From positions 56,695 through 76,694 of the forward strand of contig DHPR01000004.1 in NCBI GenBank assembly GCA_002410925.1: 20,000 nucleotides of DNA, written 5' to 3'. Below are positions 14,452-20,000 of this stretch, piece after piece. Source of the DNA: a bacterium UBP13_UBA5359. GTDB lineage: Bacteria; UBP13; UBA5359. Within the stretch, counting starts at the first letter, position 1. Each line of letters opens with the position of its first letter. Position numbers and translations under genes: made by a program. The notes under the pieces are model-generated. The model was given only the letters and a program-made list of their open reading frames with translations, was not told the origin of the DNA and ran no database searches.

Positions 14452-15621
14452 ATGAATAATGCAGCCGGCAGCCCGAATAAGGAGCTGTATTTAAGAGAAT
14501 TAACGGATAAGGTGATCCCCTTTTGGGAGAAAAATTGCACGGACAGAGAGTACGGCGGTTATTTTAACAGTTTGGATCGAGACGGAAGCGTTTATGATAC
14601 GGAAAAATTCATGTGGATACAGTGGCGTACTGTTTGGATGTTCAGCGAGCTCTATCTCAAGCTGCGAAAAAACGAGCGCTGGCTGGAGATGGCCGCTTGT
14701 GGCTATGAATTCCTGACCAGATACGGCAAGGATGAGCAGGGACGCTACTACTTTGCCCTGGCTCGCGACGGCAGTCCCAGCATGGCGCCTTATTCAGTTT
14801 TCTCTGATTGCTTTGCCGTTATGGGCGCTGCTGCTTATTACCGTGCCTGCGGCAGAGAGGATGCCCGGCAGGAGGCTTTGTCCGCCTTTCAAAGCTACCT
14901 TGATAGAGAGGACCGTCCCAAGGGCGAATGGACCAAGGAGCTTTCCGGGCGCAAGCCCATGAAGAATCTGGGCTTTTACATGATGAAGGCTAACCTGGCC
15001 GCGGTGCTGGAAGAGTGTTTAGGGGACAGCTCCTATCGTCGGGAGATGAGAGAGGCCATAGATACCGTTATGAATGAATTCCGACACCCGGAATACGGCA
15101 TAGTGTTTGAGAATGTAGGACTTGACGGGAACTTTGATTTATCCTCAATGATCGGACGACAGCTCAACCCGGGACACGCTATAGAGGCTATGTGGTTTAT
15201 TATGAGTGCTGCTGACAGAATGGGAGACAGAGGACTGGTAGAGAGAGCGGCGGATGTGGTGCTGGCGGAGCTGAAGTTTGGCTGGGATAAGGAGTATGGC
15301 GGCATTTACTATTTTATGGACGTTCTGGGAAAGCCACATGTAGAACTACAGTGGAACATGAAGCTCTGGTGGGTGCACTGCGAGGCGCTGGTGGCTACAG
15401 CCATGGCTTACAAGCTGACAGGCAGGCAGGATTTTAAAGAATGGTTTGAAAAGATTCATGCCTGGACCTGGTCTCGCTATCCCGATCCGGAATATGGGGA
15501 ATGGTTTGCTTATCTTGATCGTTTTGGCAATATAACGCATACCCTCAAAGGCGGCAAGTGGAAGTGCTTCTTTCACCTGCCGCGTATGCTGCTTGTTTGC
15601 AGCCAATTGCTGGAGGGTTGA
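14452..15621 (+). CDS. N-acylglucosamine 2-epimerase (AGE family; GlcNAc/ManNAc 2-epimerase-like)
   Basis: GGAGGTG RBS and motifs DREYGGYF..LDRDG, KFMWIQWR, NPGHAIEAMWF, KLWWVHCEAL, GEWFAYLDR and KGGKWKCFFHLPRML. Confidence 0.9.
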   Translation: MNNAAGSPNKELYLRELTDKVIPFWEKNCTDREYGGYFNSLDRDGSVYDTEKFMWIQWRTVWMFSELYLKLRKNERWLEMAACGYEFLTRYGKDEQGRYYFALARDGSPSMAPYSVFSDCFAVMGAAAYYRACGREDARQEALSAFQSYLDREDRPKGEWTKELSGRKPMKNLGFYMMKANLAAVLEECLGDSSYRREMREAIDTVMNEFRHPEYGIVFENVGLDGNFDLSSMIGRQLNPGHAIEAMWFIMSAADRMGDRGLVERAADVVLAELKFGWDKEYGGIYYFMDVLGKPHVELQWNMKLWWVHCEALVATAMAYKLTGRQDFKEWFEKIHAWTWSRYPDPEYGEWFAYLDRFGNITHTLKGGKWKCFFHLPRMLLVCSQLLEG

Positions 15622-15680
15622 TAATCTGCCTCCGGTACGCTATTTGCCGCTCCGTTTAGGATATGAGAGGGGTGGATAAT

Positions 15681-17984
15681 ATGGCGGATAAAGTCATGTG
15701 GTTGAGTGACATAGAGCGGGGAGATGTACCCCGGGCCGGTGGCAAAGGTGCCAACCTTGGGGAGATGATTCGGAGCGGTTTTCCGGTACCCTCGGGATTT
15801 GTGGTTACCAGTGAGGCCTATTACAGTTTCATTATCCAAAATGATTTATCGGATAAGATATGGGAGGCCTTGCGCGGCATAGATATGGAGGATAGCACGC
15901 GCCTTCAGGCAGCTTCCCGTCATATCAAGCAGATGATCGTCTCTGCTGCTGTGCCTGATGATACAGCCGGGGCTATAAAGCGCTTTTATAAGGACCTGGT
16001 GCATAATGTCTCCCCCTATGTAGCCGTGCGCTCTTCCGCTACGGCCGAAGATCTGCCGGAAGCCAGCTTTGCCGGGCAGCAGGAGAGCTTTCTCAATATC
16101 AGTGGAGAAGATAACGTAGTGGAAGCGGTACAGCGCTGCTGGGCCTCTCTTTGGGATGCCAGAGCTATCTATTACCGTGATCGCCAAGGTTTCGATCAGA
16201 TGAAGATAGGCATAGCCGTGCCGGTACAGCGCATGGTAGAAGCTGAAGTTTCCGGGGTGCTCTTTACCGTTGAACCGGTTAGCGGTAATAGAGACAAAAT
16301 TTATATTGAGGCTGCCTTCGGTCTGGGCGAGGTAGTGGTTGGCGGTAAAGTCGATCTTGACAGCTACATTGTGGATAAAAGGCGCATGGAGATAGAGCAG
16401 CGGCACATTGCAAAACAAGCCTGGCAGTTGGTACGGGCTGATGGAGATAACCGCCGGGTGGATCTCTCTCCGGAAGAGGGAGGTAAACAGAAGCTTTCTG
16501 ACGATAAAATAATCGAACTGGCCGGCATAGCCGGGCGCCTTGAAGAGCATTACGACAATGAACCTCAGGATGTAGAATGGGCTACGGAGAAGGGTACGAT
16601 ATATATAGTACAGACCCGGCCGGTGACCACTCTTAAGGTGCGAGCAGGCAAGCCATCCGGAGTTGCTGCCAAAGCCGGTGCAAGCAGCAAAGAGGGTGTA
16701 ATTCTCAGTGGCGTGGGCGCATCCCCCGGAATAGCCTCCGGTCCGGTGCATATCCTGCACTCGGCCGATGAAGTGGATGAGCTTAAGGATGGAGAGGTGC
16801 TGGTAGCGGTGATGACCAATCCCGATTTCGTTCCGGCTATGCGCCGGGCGGCAGCCATTATCACCGATGCCGGCGGCAGAACATCGCATGCTGCCATTGT
16901 CAGCCGGGAGCTGGGTGTCCCCTGCATTGTGGGAACGGATAAGGCCACCTCAGTGCTGAAAAAGGGAGAGACGGTTACAGTAGACGGCAGCCGTGGCACT
17001 GTCAGCGCTGGTACGATTGCAAAGCGGGCGGAAGCAGTACCGGCAGCCGTCATACCCGCGAGCGAGAGCAGGATAGTAACCGGAACCAGGCTTTATGTCA
17101 ACCTGTCCGAGCCGGAACGGGCAGCTGAGGTGGCGGCCATGGATGTGGATGGCGTCGGCCTGCTGCGGGCAGAGTTCATGATAGCCGGTATCGGCCGCCA
17201 CCCTCGCGCTCTATATGATGAAGGCAAGGGCGATCTTTTTATTGATAAGCTTTCTACCGGATTGGCGGAGATAGCGGCAGCCTTTTATCCGCGCCCGGTA
17301 TTCTACCGAACGACCGATTTCAAGACCAACGAATATCATGATCTGGAGGGTGGAGATAAATATGAAGAGAGCGAGGCTAACCCTATGCTGGGCTATCGGG
17401 GGATATCTCGTTATATCAGAGAACCGGAGATATTCGGGATGGAATTGGCTGCCGTCAATAGAGTTAGACAGGATGCAAAGTTAATTAATCTTCATCTTAT
17501 GCTGCCCTTTGTCCGCAAGCCGGAGGAGCTAAAGGCTGCTCAGGTTCTTATGGAAAAAGCCGGCCTGTCCCGGAGACGGGATTTCAAGCTCTGGATTATG
17601 GTAGAAGTGCCCAGCACTCTTATCCGTATGGATGATTTTATCGATTGCGGCATAGATGGAGTCTCCATCGGCAGCAATGATCTGACACAGTTAGTTCTGG
17701 GTATAGACCGTGACAGTCGCAAGCTTGCTTCGGAGTTCGACGAAATGGATGAAGCCGTGCTGCAGGCCATGCATACAGTAGTAGATGTCTGCCGGAGACG
17801 AGGTGTGACCTCTTCTATCTGCGGCCAGGCGCCTTCATTCTATCCTGAACTGGTGGAACTGCTGATCGACTGGGGCATAACCAGTATCTCCATAAATTCC
17901 GATACGGTGGGCAGGACAAGGAGGATGATCGCCGCTTCCGAGGCCAGGTTACTGTTGGAGAGTGTGCTGGAACGGCAGGATTGA
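15681..17984 (+). CDS. ppsA: Phosphoenolpyruvate synthase (pyruvate, water dikinase)
   Basis: GGKGANLGEM, VAVRSSATAEDLPEASFAGQQES, phospho-His motif GGRTSHAAIVSRELG, GVGLLRAEF, NPMLGYRG, SIGSNDLTQL and SICGQAPS. ATG 15681 follows GAGGGG. Confidence 0.95.
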   Translation: MADKVMWLSDIERGDVPRAGGKGANLGEMIRSGFPVPSGFVVTSEAYYSFIIQNDLSDKIWEALRGIDMEDSTRLQAASRHIKQMIVSAAVPDDTAGAIKRFYKDLVHNVSPYVAVRSSATAEDLPEASFAGQQESFLNISGEDNVVEAVQRCWASLWDARAIYYRDRQGFDQMKIGIAVPVQRMVEAEVSGVLFTVEPVSGNRDKIYIEAAFGLGEVVVGGKVDLDSYIVDKRRMEIEQRHIAKQAWQLVRADGDNRRVDLSPEEGGKQKLSDDKIIELAGIAGRLEEHYDNEPQDVEWATEKGTIYIVQTRPVTTLKVRAGKPSGVAAKAGASSKEGVILSGVGASPGIASGPVHILHSADEVDELKDGEVLVAVMTNPDFVPAMRRAAAIITDAGGRTSHAAIVSRELGVPCIVGTDKATSVLKKGETVTVDGSRGTVSAGTIAKRAEAVPAAVIPASESRIVTGTRLYVNLSEPERAAEVAAMDVDGVGLLRAEFMIAGIGRHPRALYDEGKGDLFIDKLSTGLAEIAAAFYPRPVFYRTTDFKTNEYHDLEGGDKYEESEANPMLGYRGISRYIREPEIFGMELAAVNRVRQDAKLINLHLMLPFVRKPEELKAAQVLMEKAGLSRRRDFKLWIMVEVPSTLIRMDDFIDCGIDGVSIGSNDLTQLVLGIDRDSRKLASEFDEMDEAVLQAMHTVVDVCRRRGVTSSICGQAPSFYPELVELLIDWGITSISINSDTVGRTRRMIAASEARLLLESVLERQD

Positions 17985-18060
17985 TTCTCGGGATTGTCGA
18001 ATAGTAGAGTAGCCGGTAAAGTGTCCGGTGGCAAAGCTATATTCAAGGAGGTCAGTGATT

Positions 18061-19134
18061 ATGTGGGGAAGGCAAAGCTCAAGCATGACAGGGCTTTTGT
18101 TAGGAGCGCTGCTGTCGGGTATGTTGCTGTTGCTGTCCGTTACGGCAGTTATGGCAGCCGTGCAGGTAGAGGTAAACGGCCAGGCGCTCTCTTCTGATGT
18201 GCCGCCTGCCAAAATCGGCGGTCGGATAATGGTACCGCTGCGAGGTATCTTTGAAGCGCTTGGAGCAAAGGTTGACTGGAACGCCGCTTCCAAGACAATT
18301 ATCGCCAACAGCGATACTACTAATGTACAATTGATCATCGGGAACCCTCGGGCGACTGTAAACGATAAAACCGTTGTGCTGGATACTCCGGCTATGATCA
18401 TCCGTGGGGCCACTATGGTGCCGGTGCGTTTTGTCAGCGAGGCAATGGGGGCCGAGGTCGAGTGGAAAAACAGCACACAGACAGTATCCATTACGACCGA
18501 TAAAAAGTATGCCGCATCGTCTTTTACTGTACCAAGCGGTACGGTGATTCCGGTCAAGCTGGACAGGACCATCAGCTCCGCCGCCAACAATGTGGGGGAC
18601 GCGGTGAGCGCCACTGTCGCTTCGGTAAAGGAGGGCGATGCGGAGTTTCCGCAAGGAACGCATCTGACCGGTGTTATCCAGGCAGTGCAGCGCAAAGCTG
18701 TTGGGCAGCCTGGCATGGTAGATGTGGTCTTCACCGAAGCGCAATTGCCGGACGGCCGGACGGCCAAAATAGCCGGCTCAGTCGTCGCGCTTGATGCCGC
18801 CTCTGTCACCAAATCATCGGATGGACGCCTGACGGCAGTGGACAAAACAGGCTCCGAGCGCCTGAAGTTTATAGCTATCGGCGCCGGCGCCGGCATGCTT
18901 ATCGGCAAGCTGACCAAGAGTAATACGACAACCAGCAGCTTGCTGGGTGCTGCGGCCGGGTATATTTACAGCGAAATCAATAAGACGCAAGCCGCCGATG
19001 TGACGGTGGCTGCAGGCACCACGTTCGGCATCCGGCTTGACAGGGCAGTGACGTATAATGCCGGCCTGGCATTTGTGGATGCTCGGATGAACTATCTGCG
19101 CAGAGCGTCAACCTCCGGTAAGACGACGCTTTAA
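18061..19134 (+). CDS. Secreted protein with copper amine oxidase N-terminal (stalk) domain, a beta-rich TrbI/VirB10-like region and a glycine-zipper hairpin
   Basis: AAGGAGG RBS before ATG 18061 and a signal peptide ending VMA|A. Two Cu-amine-oxidase-N motifs (GRIMVPLRGIFEALGAKVDWN; GATMVPVRFVSEAMGAEVEW), then VPSGTVIPVKLDRTISS...VGD, IGAGAGMLIG...LLGAAAGY and VAAGTTFGIRL. Confidence 0.75.
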   Translation: MWGRQSSSMTGLLLGALLSGMLLLLSVTAVMAAVQVEVNGQALSSDVPPAKIGGRIMVPLRGIFEALGAKVDWNAASKTIIANSDTTNVQLIIGNPRATVNDKTVVLDTPAMIIRGATMVPVRFVSEAMGAEVEWKNSTQTVSITTDKKYAASSFTVPSGTVIPVKLDRTISSAANNVGDAVSATVASVKEGDAEFPQGTHLTGVIQAVQRKAVGQPGMVDVVFTEAQLPDGRTAKIAGSVVALDAASVTKSSDGRLTAVDKTGSERLKFIAIGAGAGMLIGKLTKSNTTTSSLLGAAAGYIYSEINKTQAADVTVAAGTTFGIRLDRAVTYNAGLAFVDARMNYLRRASTSGKTTL

Positions 19135-19207
19135 ACGGGGCTTTGCCGCAGATAGATTAAATGGCTGAAGGTGTTCTGAGAGAGGATATGCGCGAGGAAG
19201 AACGGTT

Positions 19208-19900
19208 GTGAACAATGCCGGATCAACTATTCTGGAAATAGACCATCGTCTGGTGGAGATGTACGGGACCAGGTCATGGTCGCCACGCTACAATCCGCTG
19301 GATGAATTTATCTATACTATCCTCTCTCAGAACACCACGGATATCAACAGTCTGCGGGCATTTGAACGGCTGCGGCAGAAATTTCCTTGTTGGGAAGATC
19401 TTATCGATGCTTCTCTGCCAGAGATAGAGGAGCCTATCTCCGTAGGCGGTCTCTCTGCAGCAAAGGCTGTCTGGATCAGAGATGCCCTGAAAAGGATCCG
19501 AGACGAGCGTGGAGAGCTCTCTTTAGATTTCGTTTGCACCATGGATCTGCAGCAGGCATGGAATTATTTGATATCCTTTAAGGGCGTAGGAGTTAAAACT
19601 GCCGCTATTGTGCTGCTATTCTCTTGCGGCCGTCCCTTTTTTCCTGTGGATACGCATGTCTATCGGGTAAGCTGGCGTCTTGGCCTGGTAGAACGAAAAG
19701 GAGGTCCTGAGCAGGCTCATCGGCTGCTGCAAGAGATGATTCCTCCCGAGCTTTACTACCAGATGCATATCAATATGGTTCAGCATGGGCGCCAAGTCTG
19801 TCGTGCTCGGAATCCCCTTTGCTTCAAATGTCTCCTTCGCAGCCTATGCCGCTACTACCTTGAAGTTCTGCACGCAAAACGCGTAGAGGACGTACATTGA
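19208..19900 (+). CDS. nth: Endonuclease III-family HhH-GPD DNA glycosylase with 4Fe-4S (FCL) motif
   Basis: TILSQNTTD, HhH FKGVGVKTAAIVLLF, PVDTHVYRV..RLG and HGRQVCRARNPLCFKCLLRSLC (C-X6-C-X2-C-X5-C). Confidence 0.88.
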   Translation: MNNAGSTILEIDHRLVEMYGTRSWSPRYNPLDEFIYTILSQNTTDINSLRAFERLRQKFPCWEDLIDASLPEIEEPISVGGLSAAKAVWIRDALKRIRDERGELSLDFVCTMDLQQAWNYLISFKGVGVKTAAIVLLFSCGRPFFPVDTHVYRVSWRLGLVERKGGPEQAHRLLQEMIPPELYYQMHINMVQHGRQVCRARNPLCFKCLLRSLCRYYLEVLHAKRVEDVH

Positions 19901-19958
19901 CCGATTTGATAAGTGAATTATTATAGTGCGACAAAGCAAGTGCTAAGGAGCAGTAACA

Positions 19959-20000
19959 ATGCCCAGGCAGGCCAGACTGGATGCACCAGGGATGCTTCAT
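19959..20000 (+). mobile_element. 5' end of a probable REP-associated tyrosine transposase (RAYT, Y1/IS200-like HUH family), truncated by the window edge
   Basis: AAGGAG RBS (19945-19950), then ATG 19959 encoding MPRQARLDAPGMLH. This matches the typical MPRxARLDAPGxLHHV N-terminus of RAYT-type proteins. Only 14 codons are visible. Confidence 0.65.

Noticed and set aside
15846-16889. 347-aa minus-strand ORF
   Set aside because: It lies wholly antisense to the well-supported ppsA, has no recognisable motifs, and is best explained as a shadow ORF.
17949-18917. 322-aa and 214-aa minus-strand ORFs (17949..18917, 18100..18744)
   Set aside because: They are antisense to the stalk-domain gene, which has an RBS, signal peptide and domain motifs. 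Their own translations show no recognisable motifs.

Overview
A 20-kb bacterial window in which every supported gene lies on the + strand. It has strong AGGAGG/GGAGG-type RBSs and a TolC-family gene, so the host is probably a diderm. Five blocks are visible. (1) The tail of a sugar-catabolic operon: an FGGY kinase and a DhnA/LsrF-type aldolase. (2) A Cys/His-rich metal or Fe-S handling cluster of unknown function: DUF5320-like protein, a possible 36-aa ORF, PadR-family regulator with a Cys/His N-terminus, NifB/NifX-family protein, two ferredoxin-insert MinD/ParA-type ATPases, a second NifB/NifX protein, and a DUF318/TIGR03943 (B. subtilis YcgR/YcgQ-like) permease pair with a poly-His tail. (3) A TetR-TolC-HlyD-single ABC-2 permease efflux operon with no ATPase gene and a 32-bp perfect-palindrome operator. 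(4) A LacI-controlled unit behind a 36-bp perfect palindrome, encoding an unrecognised 411-aa helical enzyme-like protein and an N-acylglucosamine 2-epimerase. (5) ppsA, a secreted copper-amine-oxidase-N-domain protein, endonuclease III, and the first 14 codons of a probable RAYT/Y1 transposase. The best candidates for an undescribed system are blocks 2 and 4. All family calls come from motif recognition; no database searches were run.
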